Shown here: one piece after another, positions 9,025 through 17,528 of the stretch
Layout: the number at the start of each line of letters is the position of its first letter
Position numbering within the stretch: the first letter of the stretch is position 1
Program-made: the position numbers and the translations under genes
IMG/VR virus record: IMGVR_UViG_3300048072_000006
Span: 1-41,797 of that record
Length of the DNA: 41,797 nt
Reading direction: 5' to 3' (one strand)
Origin: a virus
Notes under the pieces: model-generated
Databases searched by the model: none
What the model was told of the DNA's origin: nothing
Seen by the model: the letters and a program-made list of their open reading frames with translations, nothing else

Positions 9025-9971
9025 TGGACGGCCCTCCCATAATCGACAGCCTTATACCCTCCAACGCCCCCAACGACGGCATCAGGGTTCACCTGCTCAA
9101 CGTCCTGCGCCATCAGACCGATGTGGATCGGGCCACCCCACTTGTAGCGGTAGGAGTAGACGGGCAGGCCATTGTCGAGCGTGCCGACGCGGGAGATGTC
9201 TTGCTTGACGCGCATGTCGGACATGATGGCCGCAGACCCAAGCGATCCAGCCAGCCCGAACAGGCCGCCCATAGCCGACTGACTGGCCGCAAGCTTGTTC
9301 TGATAGTTGTCCCGCACCAGCCCGGAATAGTCCACACCTGCAACACCCGTCTGTGGGGTCGCAGAGGACATGGAAGCCGGGTTGCTCACCTGCGAGCCAG
9401 ACAGTAGTGCAGTAAGCTCGTTGATGGGCTGGTTGCGGGTTGCCAGCGCCTCGGAGAACGCCTGAGAGCGCCCTGTGAGAGCAAGCTGGTTATTCTGGTC
9501 CGTCTGCGTGCGGCCAATGCGCTCCAGCTCGCTATTCCAGCCCGACGAGCCGGGACGCAACCCGCGATTGATGAGCTGCGCTTCAAGGCGCGCCATATCC
9601 TGCTGCTGCTGCGGGGCAATGCGGGACTGCCCGAGATCATAGGCCCAATCCGCCGCTGCCTGATTGTCGAACGTGAAGGGGTCGGACAAGGTATCAGCAA
9701 CGCGCGCGCTCTGATCCTGAGCAATGCCGGCGAGGTTTGTTTGCGCCGCCTGCGACTTGTCGAAAATGGCCTGCTGTTCAGGCGAGAACGTCGTTGTCTG
9801 CGAGAAGGACGGCAACGTCACAACCTTGCCGGAACTGTCCGTATATTGCGTCGTGCCAGTCTGATTATAGGCCACCGAACCCCACGGGTTGTTCTGGTTA
9901 ACCATGTTCAGCAATTGCTGCGAAACCGCCGTGTCGCGGTTCATCCCGGACTGCGCTTGAGCAGTCTGCAT
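9021..9971 (-). CDS. Gln/Asn-rich virion protein with C-terminal Peptidase_S74 intramolecular-chaperone (self-cleaving) domain, 316 aa
   Basis: 'SDMRVKQDISRVGTLDNGLPVYSYRYKW...IGLMAQDVEQVNPDAVV...KAVDY' is the S74 signature. The start is uncertain: I prefer ATG 9971 ('MQTAQAQ') over the track's TTG 10124 extension. Confidence 0.8.
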   Translation of the reverse strand: MQTAQAQSGMNRDTAVSQQLLNMVNQNNPWGSVAYNQTGTTQYTDSSGKVVTLPSFSQTTTFSPEQQAIFDKSQAAQTNLAGIAQDQSARVADTLSDPFTFDNQAAADWAYDLGQSRIAPQQQQDMARLEAQLINRGLRPGSSGWNSELERIGRTQTDQNNQLALTGRSQAFSEALATRNQPINELTALLSGSQVSNPASMSSATPQTGVAGVDYSGLVRDNYQNKLAASQSAMGGLFGLAGSLGSAAIMSDMRVKQDISRVGTLDNGLPVYSYRYKWGGPIHIGLMAQDVEQVNPDAVVGGVGGYKAVDYGRAVQ

Positions 9972-10020
9972 TGGATCAGGGGGGGCGGGTGTCGAAACGA
10001 TTTTACCAACCCTCCGCCAT

Positions 10021-10239
10021 ATGGTATTGAGCCATATGAACTTCCTTGACGAGAAAGACGTCGCCCGCTTTTGGTCCAAAGTTGACCGAAGGGGCGCTGA
10101 TGAATGCTGGCCTACCATGGGCAAATCGGTAGGGAAACCACGGCACCTGAGTGGTGCGCCCTCGGTTGAGGCCCTTAAATCTGGCGGGGTAAGGCGAGGT
10201 TATAACCAATTCACTGCTTCCTATGCCAAGGATGCGTGA
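10021..10239 (+). pseudogene. Possible relic of an HNH homing endonuclease (N-terminal part only)
   Basis: 'VARFWSKVDRRGADECWP...GYNQF' resembles the conserved N-terminus of phage HNH endonucleases ('FWSKVD..G..CW.W.G...GYG.F'), but the ORF stops before any H-N-H catalytic segment. It lies on the opposite strand in a lower-GC gap of the late operon. Confidence 0.35.
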
Positions 10240-10271
10240 AGTGGTGTTCAGCCGCTGGCGGGCACATTAGC

Positions 10272-10682
10272 CTATTGCCGGGATTTTTGCAACACGCCTT
10301 CTGCGGGGACAATGAACTCATCGCGCAGGATGCCGACAATCAAGCCGTCGCACTCCGGCCCGAAATGATTGCGCAGCACGCCCTCACGCTTGCCGCCCAG
10401 CCTTTCGGCGTATCGCGCAACGTCTTCCGATGCAGTGATCATCGTCATCCGCTCGCAGCCGAGCATGCCGTATGCATAGCAGCCCACGGCCCGCAGGATG
10501 GCCTTGTTCCATCCCGTACCGGCTGCAGAGATATGGACATCGCTACCCTCGAAGTGATTGAGCAGCACTCCGTTGATGATCTCGCCGTTCCGTTCCGTCC
10601 CGATAGCAACATAAGGCGGACAGAGGCCAAAGCACAGTTCATCCGAGATGAACTTCGCCACAGCATCCCCGACGACGATCAT
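10272..10682 (-). CDS. GNAT-family N-acetyltransferase-like protein inside the virion module, 136 aa
   Basis: '...CERMTMITASEDVARYAERLGGKREGVLRNHF' fits the GNAT beta4-alpha3/alpha4 pattern. ATGA overlap with the upstream 634-aa gene. Confidence 0.65.
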   Translation of the reverse strand: MIVVGDAVAKFISDELCFGLCPPYVAIGTERNGEIINGVLLNHFEGSDVHISAAGTGWNKAILRAVGCYAYGMLGCERMTMITASEDVARYAERLGGKREGVLRNHFGPECDGLIVGILRDEFIVPAEGVLQKSRQ

Positions 10683-12583
10683 GTCACCACTTCCGCCACG
10701 GTATAGGACAGGTCCATGCGGATAAGCTCATCATCGAATGCGCCTATTGAGCCGCTGGTGACTTGGTAAGTTGGGGCAAGCGTGTAACCATACCCGCCGC
10801 CGCTGTTCCAGGGCTGGTTGATGACGGAGGGGGTTGTGTCTCCCCATCTGGATTCTCCCCAGACGGCTGTTCCCCAGAGGGAGCCTCCGACCTGGGCCAG
10901 CGCGTCAGGGGCGGCGGGGAGGTCTTCGCTGAAGTCATAATTGATCCCGCATTTTGCATTGACCTTCACATTCGCCCGCGACACCGCGCGCACCATGCCT
11001 CCTATCTTTCGGGACATTGGAGAACCGCAGTCCTCGAACATCGGAATAATCGAACCGGTATAAGCCGCGCCATCGTCGCTTCCGCCGACATTGGCGAGGA
11101 AAATCCGCCCCTCCGTCGATCCGAAGTAAAGCTGCCCCTCGAACACCTCCATGCACAGGACCTTCCACCCCGTGAACCGGCACCACGCCCCAGTCTCGGC
11201 ATTGACGACAAACGCCACCGGATTGCTGTCTCCGATCAGGTCAGGCGGAACGACAAGTGCCATCTTCTCTTCGGGCCACAGCTCGCAAATCCAGTTCTCG
11301 GCCCCGCGAAGGGTGAGCGCATTGGACCATGCGTCTGCGATATTGTAGGACACTGTAGCCACGTTGAGACTGGTAACGTCGAGTTCGATCGCTTTGGAAA
11401 GCGGGACCAGTCCGACGCTCGTCGCAATGGCAATGTCGCCGCCGCCACGGAAGAACGCGCGCTTGCCGAGCGGGCGGCCGGTGCGATACGTACCGACTTT
11501 CGTCCATGACACGTCATCGGGGTTGATGCCCTGAAAGATCGCGGCCTGCCCCTCGCTGGTGACGAACACGACCTGCTCGCTCAACCCCCCGCTATCCGAT
11601 GCCTGCAATGACCAATTCGATCCAAACAGCAGTGCGCCACCGAGATCGAAGATGCCCGCCATAGGAAACAATGTGGCGTCACCTCCCACTTGATCGGGGG
11701 GCAGATACCAGACGTTCATGCTCTCCTTTTCGATGAAGTAGATCGCGGACTTGTAGCTGAACACGAACGACATGGCAGCGCTGGAGAGCGTGTCGAATGC
11801 CATGCCCGGCGCCATAAGGACCGGAACGCCATCTGCGGTTGAACTGCCAGCAACATCGCCCGTCAGCGTCTCATTGTCCTGAAAAGTCCCCGTGATGCCG
11901 TAAATGTAGAGATAGCCGACGCCGGGCGCCGTTTCCTCGACAGAATTGACCGTCGCCGTCGCCCCGGACGTTCCGCCCGTCACAATCTCGCCCGGCTCGA
12001 ACGCAGCGCTTTCAGCGTCATAGGCGATGCGATAATAACCTCCGGGCATGTTCGGCCAGAATGCCGTGCCATCGAAAATGAAACCGGGGTCTGTCCCGTT
12101 CACGCCGACCAGATAAACCCCGCCAGTGGTCGCAAATTGAACAACGCTCCAGTCTCCGCTTGTCAGGTCAGTGGCGACATGCATCCCGTCCGTAGAGAAC
12201 CAACCGAACGTGTCGCCGCCCTCGGTTTCGATCAGGTCGTCATCTTCGTCCACGATTTCGGAGCCATCCGGGAAGACAACATTGGTCAAATCGTAAATGA
12301 CCGTCTCACTTGCCCCAAACAGCTTGCGGTTGTTGCCGTTGCGATAAGAGAACAGGGATTTTGCATCCCCGAGATCGGCAAGGGTGGCATAACGCTGTTT
12401 CCCCCGCCGCAGTTTGACCGTCTCGGCGCGGGGGAAGTAATTGTCCATCAACGCCGCGCCTGGCGTCTGCCCCTTGGGAAGCGCCAGAGAGCGATTGCTG
12501 ATCCAGCCGCCCACAGGGGCCGGGAACATCATGGTTTCCGCCCTGCGCGGCTTAGGGCGGATAACCCGGCGCGCGTAGGCCAT
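10679..12583 (-). CDS. Tail nozzle/tubular-protein-B-like structural protein, 634 aa
   Basis: Large beta-rich ORF directly after the adaptor-like gene. The start was re-picked at ATG 12583 ('MAYARRVIRPKP'), giving an ATGA overlap with the upstream stop. Function is positional. Confidence 0.65.
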   Translation of the reverse strand: MAYARRVIRPKPRRAETMMFPAPVGGWISNRSLALPKGQTPGAALMDNYFPRAETVKLRRGKQRYATLADLGDAKSLFSYRNGNNRKLFGASETVIYDLTNVVFPDGSEIVDEDDDLIETEGGDTFGWFSTDGMHVATDLTSGDWSVVQFATTGGVYLVGVNGTDPGFIFDGTAFWPNMPGGYYRIAYDAESAAFEPGEIVTGGTSGATATVNSVEETAPGVGYLYIYGITGTFQDNETLTGDVAGSSTADGVPVLMAPGMAFDTLSSAAMSFVFSYKSAIYFIEKESMNVWYLPPDQVGGDATLFPMAGIFDLGGALLFGSNWSLQASDSGGLSEQVVFVTSEGQAAIFQGINPDDVSWTKVGTYRTGRPLGKRAFFRGGGDIAIATSVGLVPLSKAIELDVTSLNVATVSYNIADAWSNALTLRGAENWICELWPEEKMALVVPPDLIGDSNPVAFVVNAETGAWCRFTGWKVLCMEVFEGQLYFGSTEGRIFLANVGGSDDGAAYTGSIIPMFEDCGSPMSRKIGGMVRAVSRANVKVNAKCGINYDFSEDLPAAPDALAQVGGSLWGTAVWGESRWGDTTPSVINQPWNSGGGYGYTLAPTYQVTSGSIGAFDDELIRMDLSYTVAEVVT

Positions 12584-13287
12584 CAGGCACCCGCGCCCAG
12601 CGGGAATGGCCATGCGGGATAGGAGCCCGGCCATGCCCGCCGTGATTTCGTGCGAATGACAAATGACCCGCTATCCTTGCCGGCGTGATAGCTCAGCGAG
12701 GAATCGAACTGCTCCTGATCGCCGTCCGAGGCCAGCCCCTTGTTGTCACGATACCGCCAGACAAGGCCAAGCATGAGCAGTTCTTCCGGCAGAACGAAGG
12801 CGTCTGCGTCGTTATCGAACACCGCCTTGGGTGCGAGATTGGGCGCGATTGCCCAATTCTTGCTGATGTAAGGGAATCGCGCTTCAGCCCCAGCCGACGG
12901 GGCGGGGTATACGTTGAGCTTGTTACCGAAGATGCACCACACTCCGGGTAGCGAGCTCAGGCTGTTCTGCTTGAAGAACAGGAAGTCATCGACCGTGGCG
13001 CAATGACCGTAGCCCCATGCCCAATTATCCACGTCGCGAATGGTCGTGGTGAGCATCTGCCGAGAATAATCGGCGGGGAGATCGAACGCCTCTTTTGAGC
13101 CGTCGCCGACAAGTGAGGCGATCTTGACCAGCGCCTGCCAGTCATGCTTCTGCGCAACGTCATCCGCAACCGTATTGACCATGTCGGTCATTTCCAGTTC
13201 GAACGTGTCGTCCACACCGAAGAACGCCCCCGGCTTGCGGGCAATCAGCTTGACTGCGGCAGACTGGAGGGCGCTCAGGACGGTCAC
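12583..13287 (-). CDS. Head-tail adaptor/tubular-protein-A-like structural protein, 234 aa
   Basis: GTG 13287 overlaps the upstream stop (GTGA). The size and position between the capsid block and the nozzle gene fit an adaptor. No motif was recognised. Confidence 0.6.
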   Translation of the reverse strand: MTVLSALQSAAVKLIARKPGAFFGVDDTFELEMTDMVNTVADDVAQKHDWQALVKIASLVGDGSKEAFDLPADYSRQMLTTTIRDVDNWAWGYGHCATVDDFLFFKQNSLSSLPGVWCIFGNKLNVYPAPSAGAEARFPYISKNWAIAPNLAPKAVFDNDADAFVLPEELLMLGLVWRYRDNKGLASDGDQEQFDSSLSYHAGKDSGSFVIRTKSRRAWPGSYPAWPFPLGAGA

Positions 13288-13964
13288 TGGCTGGCCTTGG
13301 CTTCATTCAGGAGGGAAATCAGCGTGTCACGGCTCGGGTTGCCGATTGGCTTGGCCCCGACGATAGCCGCGATCTCTTCCTTGATCTGCTGATTGCTCAT
13401 GTCAGCGTATTCGTCCGCTTGGTCGGCAATGGGCTTCTGCAAGGCGGCAAGCTGCGACTTCAGTTCCTCAACCTCACTGGCCAACTTATGCCGGTCGCTG
13501 CGATCAGCAACATATTTGCGAGCCGCATCCTTGAGCGCGTTGGCGTCCATGCCGAGGCTCTTGAGGTTGTGGCCTTCAAGCTGAAGCAATGCCTCGACGG
13601 TATGCACCTTGCGGGCCGCGCACAGCGACACCTGCGCAGGGGTGATGCCATAGTCGCGGAGGGCGGACAGCGGGGTCCCGTGAACGCCCTGCGCCTGCCC
13701 ATCCTTCCATGCGGAATATTCATCAGAGAAGCGCTCCGCCCATGTCACTCGGCGAAAGCCGTCCATGCCGCACTGCTCATTGACGCGGGCCGTGTGGACC
13801 AGATTGCGCTCTCCGGCGATGTGGACTGAAACCATCTCGATCTCTTCAAAGATCGGCTGCCCTGCATGTTCGGATTTGGCGATGTTCTCAATCGTCTCAT
13901 AGGAGAAGATCGGATAAACAGCCTTTTCAGCCAAGTCGGTTTCGGGAACGTAAATCGCGGACAT
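13284..13964 (-). CDS. Hypothetical virion-module protein with C-terminal HeH/SAP-like helix pair, 226 aa
   Basis: Start re-picked at ATG 13964 ('MSAIYVPE') after AGGAG. The C-terminus 'QQIKEEIAAIVGAKPIGNPSRDTLISLLNEA' looks HeH/Rho-N-like. Confidence 0.65.
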   Translation of the reverse strand: MSAIYVPETDLAEKAVYPIFSYETIENIAKSEHAGQPIFEEIEMVSVHIAGERNLVHTARVNEQCGMDGFRRVTWAERFSDEYSAWKDGQAQGVHGTPLSALRDYGITPAQVSLCAARKVHTVEALLQLEGHNLKSLGMDANALKDAARKYVADRSDRHKLASEVEELKSQLAALQKPIADQADEYADMSNQQIKEEIAAIVGAKPIGNPSRDTLISLLNEAKASQ

Positions 13965-13978
13965 AGAAGGCTCCTGTT

Positions 13979-14009
13979 GAAAGGGAAAAGCGGGGACCGA
14001 AGCCCCCGC
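13979..14009 (-). terminator. Intrinsic terminator downstream of the capsid and 110-aa genes
   Basis: The minus strand reads GCGGGGGC-TTCG-GTCCCCGC (8-bp stem with one G.U pair, UUCG tetraloop; 13990-14009), followed by TTTTCCCTTTC (13979-13989). Confidence 0.7.
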
Positions 14010-14022
14010 CCTCATTTAGTTA

Positions 14023-14355
14023 TCAGGGGGCGGTGCCCTTGGTGGCCCAGAAGCGGTCGCCAGCAGCCATCGCGACGCCGGGGACCGAATACCAGCCACC
14101 AGAACCGGTCGCCGCCGTCACGTCGTCGTGCGCAGTCACCGTGATGGCCACCTGCGTACCGGGGGCAGCGGCGCTGGCAATCGTGCCAGATGCCTCAACC
14201 CACATGCGCGTGCGGCCATCGGTGCCCTCGCAAGTCACGCCGAGCTGGGGCGTGCCGAGCTGCGAGCTGCCGTCATAGAAAACCTCGTCCGCCTTCACGA
14301 CCTGCGTGAGATCGGGACCGAGGTTCGGGCTGGTGCGGAAGGGAGTGTCAACCAT
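14023..14355 (-). CDS. Small beta-rich head protein (possible decoration/cement protein), 110 aa
   Basis: A strong AAGGAG lies 8 nt before ATG 14355. The gene is immediately downstream of the major capsid gene. Function is positional. Confidence 0.65.
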   Translation of the reverse strand: MVDTPFRTSPNLGPDLTQVVKADEVFYDGSSQLGTPQLGVTCEGTDGRTRMWVEASGTIASAAAPGTQVAITVTAHDDVTAATGSGGWYSVPGVAMAAGDRFWATKGTAP

Positions 14356-14367
14356 GTCATTTACTCC

Positions 14368-15381
14368 TTATGCGCCGGTGTACGCACGGACGTTGCTGAG
14401 CGGGTTCGTCATGATGAACTGACCCGACCATGCAATGCCCTGCGCAATGGCGTCCTGATTGATGGGGCGAAGGCCCGCGCCGCTGTGGAACGGAACGAAC
14501 GACCGACCGGCGAATTCGCGAAGCTCGAAGCTGCGCGTGTCCAGACCGAACAGCGTGCTTGCCGGCATCACGTTGCCAATGCCGCCTGCTGGCACCAGAT
14601 CAACCGATCCTGCCCCCGTCTGGTAGCTGTAGCCCGCAAGGCCAAGCCGCGCAGACCGCTCGCTGACAATGCGCTGATGCGCCACGAAGGACGATTCAAT
14701 CGCCTGCCAGTTGTCCGACGACACAATCCACAGATCGGGGTAGCGACCGTTGCGAGAACGGGCGAGAGCGATCTGCGAGATGATCGGCAGAGCCGTGGTG
14801 GTATCCCAGGTGGTGAAGCCCGGAATATCGCCGCCCTGAACGTCATAGTAGGTCGTGCGCCAGCGAGCGACGTTGGCCCGGTTGATGCCGGCGTAGGTGC
14901 CCGAGTTGGGAACGGTCGGAACCGCCGCGCCAAGGCCGATCATCTGGCGACCGGCATCGTCCGTACCGGTGCCCGGAAGCGCCTCCTCGAACGCCTGACG
15001 GCAAGCCTCCTCCGCATCGCGCAGATAAAGCTGCATCAGGTTGATGACCTCAGCCTCGCCACGGTTATAGCGAAGCTCATCGCCGGTCAGGGAGAACATG
15101 GTGGTCATGTTCGTCCACGGCATATAAGCCGAATTGACCAGTTCCTTCGGCGTGATCGAGAGGTAATCGTAACCACGATACCACTGCGCCTTGAGCGTGT
15201 CGTACTGGACCGGCCAGCGGAACTCAGGGCCGGTTGCGGTTTCGGGCCGGATGGCGCCATTCTCGCGGAGAATGCGCGTCAGCGGCTGGGCATTGTAGAC
15301 GATATTGGCGATTTCAGGCGAACGCTGTTGCGCCGAGACGGTAAGCGCCTGCCCAAACTGCCGTTCAGTAACGATAGTCAT
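14368..15381 (-). CDS. Major capsid protein (HK97-fold, T7-size class), 337 aa
   Basis: Position after the scaffold gene, size near 340 aa and capsid-like composition, followed by the terminator. No database check was possible. Confidence 0.8.
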   Translation of the reverse strand: MTIVTERQFGQALTVSAQQRSPEIANIVYNAQPLTRILRENGAIRPETATGPEFRWPVQYDTLKAQWYRGYDYLSITPKELVNSAYMPWTNMTTMFSLTGDELRYNRGEAEVINLMQLYLRDAEEACRQAFEEALPGTGTDDAGRQMIGLGAAVPTVPNSGTYAGINRANVARWRTTYYDVQGGDIPGFTTWDTTTALPIISQIALARSRNGRYPDLWIVSSDNWQAIESSFVAHQRIVSERSARLGLAGYSYQTGAGSVDLVPAGGIGNVMPASTLFGLDTRSFELREFAGRSFVPFHSGAGLRPINQDAIAQGIAWSGQFIMTNPLSNVRAYTGA

Positions 15382-15407
15382 GGGTATAACCTTTCAAACT
15401 GCGGACC

Positions 15408-16586
15408 CTAGGCAGTTCCCATCGCCTTACGGAGTGCGGCACGAGCGACTGCCGTCATGTCCTTGGAATCGACGCTGTCCTCACTTGGAGAAACAGCGCC
15501 CGGACTGGAACGGATGGATTTGCGCCCGCTGGAGTCGAGGTCAACGCGGTCTGATCGGTCAAGGGCATCCGATTGGCTCTGACTGCTGCCGGGAGACGGG
15601 TTTAACCGTTCAGCCATGGCATAGGCAGCTTCGAGACGGTCTAGATGGCTCAAGCCTTCAGGTATCCTACCTGATTTCAGGAAAAATGCAATATCGTCAT
15701 GCAACTCGCCAAAGCGGGGATGGGTCTGCTTGAACGGGGAGACGATACGCGCATCAATGTCGCTCACGAAGCGCTCGGCCTTGAGCGCTTCATTCTCCTG
15801 CCGCAGCCGTTCGGCCTCACTGTCGCGCTGCTGCACCTGCATTTGCCGGTTGGCCTGTGCAATGGCCTGCTGATAGCCCTGTGGCCCCTGCTGGACGATG
15901 ACATTCGCCACCTCATAGAGCGAGAGTGGTGAACCGTCAGCCTTGCGCGGGCCGATCTCTGCAAGGATGGCATTCAGGCCTGCGATGGGGTTTGATTGAA
16001 GCTGATTCTCGATGTGATTGATCTTCAGAAGGCTCTCGCGCAGGTCGCGGCCATTTTGTTTCGCCAGATCATCGAATTGCCGCAGAGCCTCATAGCGCTC
16101 GGTATCCTTGCGCGCCGTCTCGATGGTGCTCTCATACTCGCGCACCATGTTTTCTATGTCGCGCTGCACCGGGCGAGGCGTGTTGATCCACTTTTCCCGC
16201 GCGTCTGGCAGCAACTTGGCGGGGGGATTAATCTTCGGCCCGTGGCCTTCTTCCGCCTCGGCTTCCGCCTTCGGCTCAACCTCCCTTACCGGCTTGGCAT
16301 CCGGTTCCTTGGCGGCGAACTTTCCGCCTTCTCCACGCGGCTTTGCCGGCTTGTCCTCGGGCTTCTCTTCCGCCTTGGCCGGCTCTTCCTTGGCAGGCTT
16401 TTCGGCAATGTCGTCCTTTTCAGGCTCCTTGGCGACGGGGGTGTCGTCATCGTCAGGCATGTCCTTTACGCTGTCGAGCGCGAGGCGGATTGTCTCCGTC
16501 ATGCTCGAACTGGCGCCAGAGGCTTCTGCCCCCGGCTCTGTCAGCGGAATGAATGTGTCAGCGGCGGGTGCTGTCTCTGTGGTCAT
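15408..16586 (-). CDS. Scaffolding protein, 392 aa
   Basis: Highly acidic, Lys/Glu/Pro/Ala low-complexity N-terminal third ('EKPAKEEPAKAEEKPEDKPAKP') followed by coiled-coil segments. It lies directly upstream of the capsid gene and has an ATGA overlap with the upstream gene. Confidence 0.75.
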   Translation of the reverse strand: MTTETAPAADTFIPLTEPGAEASGASSSMTETIRLALDSVKDMPDDDDTPVAKEPEKDDIAEKPAKEEPAKAEEKPEDKPAKPRGEGGKFAAKEPDAKPVREVEPKAEAEAEEGHGPKINPPAKLLPDAREKWINTPRPVQRDIENMVREYESTIETARKDTERYEALRQFDDLAKQNGRDLRESLLKINHIENQLQSNPIAGLNAILAEIGPRKADGSPLSLYEVANVIVQQGPQGYQQAIAQANRQMQVQQRDSEAERLRQENEALKAERFVSDIDARIVSPFKQTHPRFGELHDDIAFFLKSGRIPEGLSHLDRLEAAYAMAERLNPSPGSSQSQSDALDRSDRVDLDSSGRKSIRSSPGAVSPSEDSVDSKDMTAVARAALRKAMGTA

Positions 16587-16978
16587 GCTGCGATGTCCTT
16601 CGGGACAAGGTTGATCGGAGGAATGTTGCCGGACTTCACGTCATGAAGCGCCTTCTTGACCACCTCTACGCGCTCGGCCTCGGTCGATTTGACCTGCTTG
16701 AACACGGGCGCCGGCTCGTCCGAGTTCAGGATATGGAAGCGCTCGCCCTTGGGGTTGCCTTCCGGGGTCAGTGAGAACTCATAGGATGACTTGCTGTCAT
16801 GCATCCGCCCATCCGCGCCCATGATCGGCGCAATGTAGTCGGATCGAATGGCGGGAGCGCAAATCACACGACTTGCCTCCGCGCCGCATTCGCAGTGCTG
16901 CGGGCCATCGAACTGTGCAAGCGGAACAATCCGCTCGAACCGATGCCCATCAGCGCATGAGAAGTCATATAAAGGCAT
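16583..16978 (-). CDS. FmdB-type zinc-ribbon protein, 131 aa
   Basis: N-terminus 'MPLYDFSCADGHRFERIV...HCECGAEASRVI' follows the FmdB/CxxC_CxxC_SSSS pattern ('MPIYEY.C..CG..FE'), with the first CxxC degenerated to C-x3-H. Confidence 0.65.
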   Translation of the reverse strand: MPLYDFSCADGHRFERIVPLAQFDGPQHCECGAEASRVICAPAIRSDYIAPIMGADGRMHDSKSSYEFSLTPEGNPKGERFHILNSDEPAPVFKQVKSTEAERVEVVKKALHDVKSGNIPPINLVPKDIAA

Positions 16979-16980
16979 CG

Positions 16981-17244
16981 TTATGCCTTGAGCGCCGCGA
17001 TGATGGCGTTGACCTTCGCGGCAAGCGATGCAAGCTGATTGGCCAGCGTCGCCTCGGTATATGTGCCGGGCACATCGGCAATCGTGTCGCCTGCCGTGCC
17101 GCCACTGCTGTCGGTCAATGCGACCAGCGCCGCGATCTCAGCCTTGGTATTGGTCGCGCCTTCAATCTGGTTCACGACTTCCTGTGCCAGTTGCGGCACC
17201 ATCGAATTTGCCGCAAGGCGGCGCACGTTCTCTGCATCAGCCAT
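16981..17244 (-). CDS. Ala-rich helical head accessory protein (possible head fibre/decoration), 87 aa
   Basis: GGAAGGAA Shine-Dalgarno motif before ATG 17244. 'LTDSSGGTAGDTIADV...LANQLASLAAKVNAIIAALKA' looks coiled-coil-like. Function is tentative. Confidence 0.6.
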   Translation of the reverse strand: MADAENVRRLAANSMVPQLAQEVVNQIEGATNTKAEIAALVALTDSSGGTAGDTIADVPGTYTEATLANQLASLAAKVNAIIAALKA

Positions 17245-17258
17245 TGTCTTTCCTTCCT

Positions 17259-17528
17259 TCAGTTATAGAGGGCCAAAATGTCGCTGGCAGTCGTGTTGGT
17301 CGCCAGCACGCGACTGCACGAGACCGGCAGAAGTGTCCCTGCGGACACAGCCGTGAACACCCGAGCGACAGTGTCATCGGCAGCGATCACTTCCACATCG
17401 CCAGCCGAGCCAACCCAAAGTGCCCGGCATGGTGAAATCGTGAGATCGTTGTCGTCATGTGGCGTCACGGCTCGCACCCGGTTCGCCGTTTCCATTCCCG
17501 TGCTGACGGGCGGGGCCATTCTAGGCAT
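17259..17528 (-). CDS. Small protein resembling the RcGTA head-spike base family (Rcc01079-like), 89 aa
   Basis: 'RALWVGSAGDVEVI...VFTAVSAGTLLPVSCSRVLATNTTASDILALY' matches my memory of that family's pattern ('RALYVG.aGDl.v...G....f..v.aG..LP.rv.rV.atGTTA..lvaLy'). Needs an HMM check. Confidence 0.6.
   Translation of the reverse strand: MPRMAPPVSTGMETANRVRAVTPHDDNDLTISPCRALWVGSAGDVEVIAADDTVARVFTAVSAGTLLPVSCSRVLATNTTASDILALYN

Noticed and set aside
10272-10682. GNAT gene as the toxin of a GNAT/RHH toxin-antitoxin pair
   Set aside because: No adjacent RHH/antitoxin ORF exists. The only RHH gene is about 24 kb away on the other arm, and the GNAT gene is translationally coupled to structural genes.
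10236-10706. 156-aa plus-strand ORF
   Set aside because: Antisense to the GNAT-like gene, which has recognisable motifs and ATGA coupling.
14128-15411. 427-aa plus-strand ORF
   Set aside because: Antisense to the major capsid gene, with an Arg/Ala-rich shadow-frame composition.
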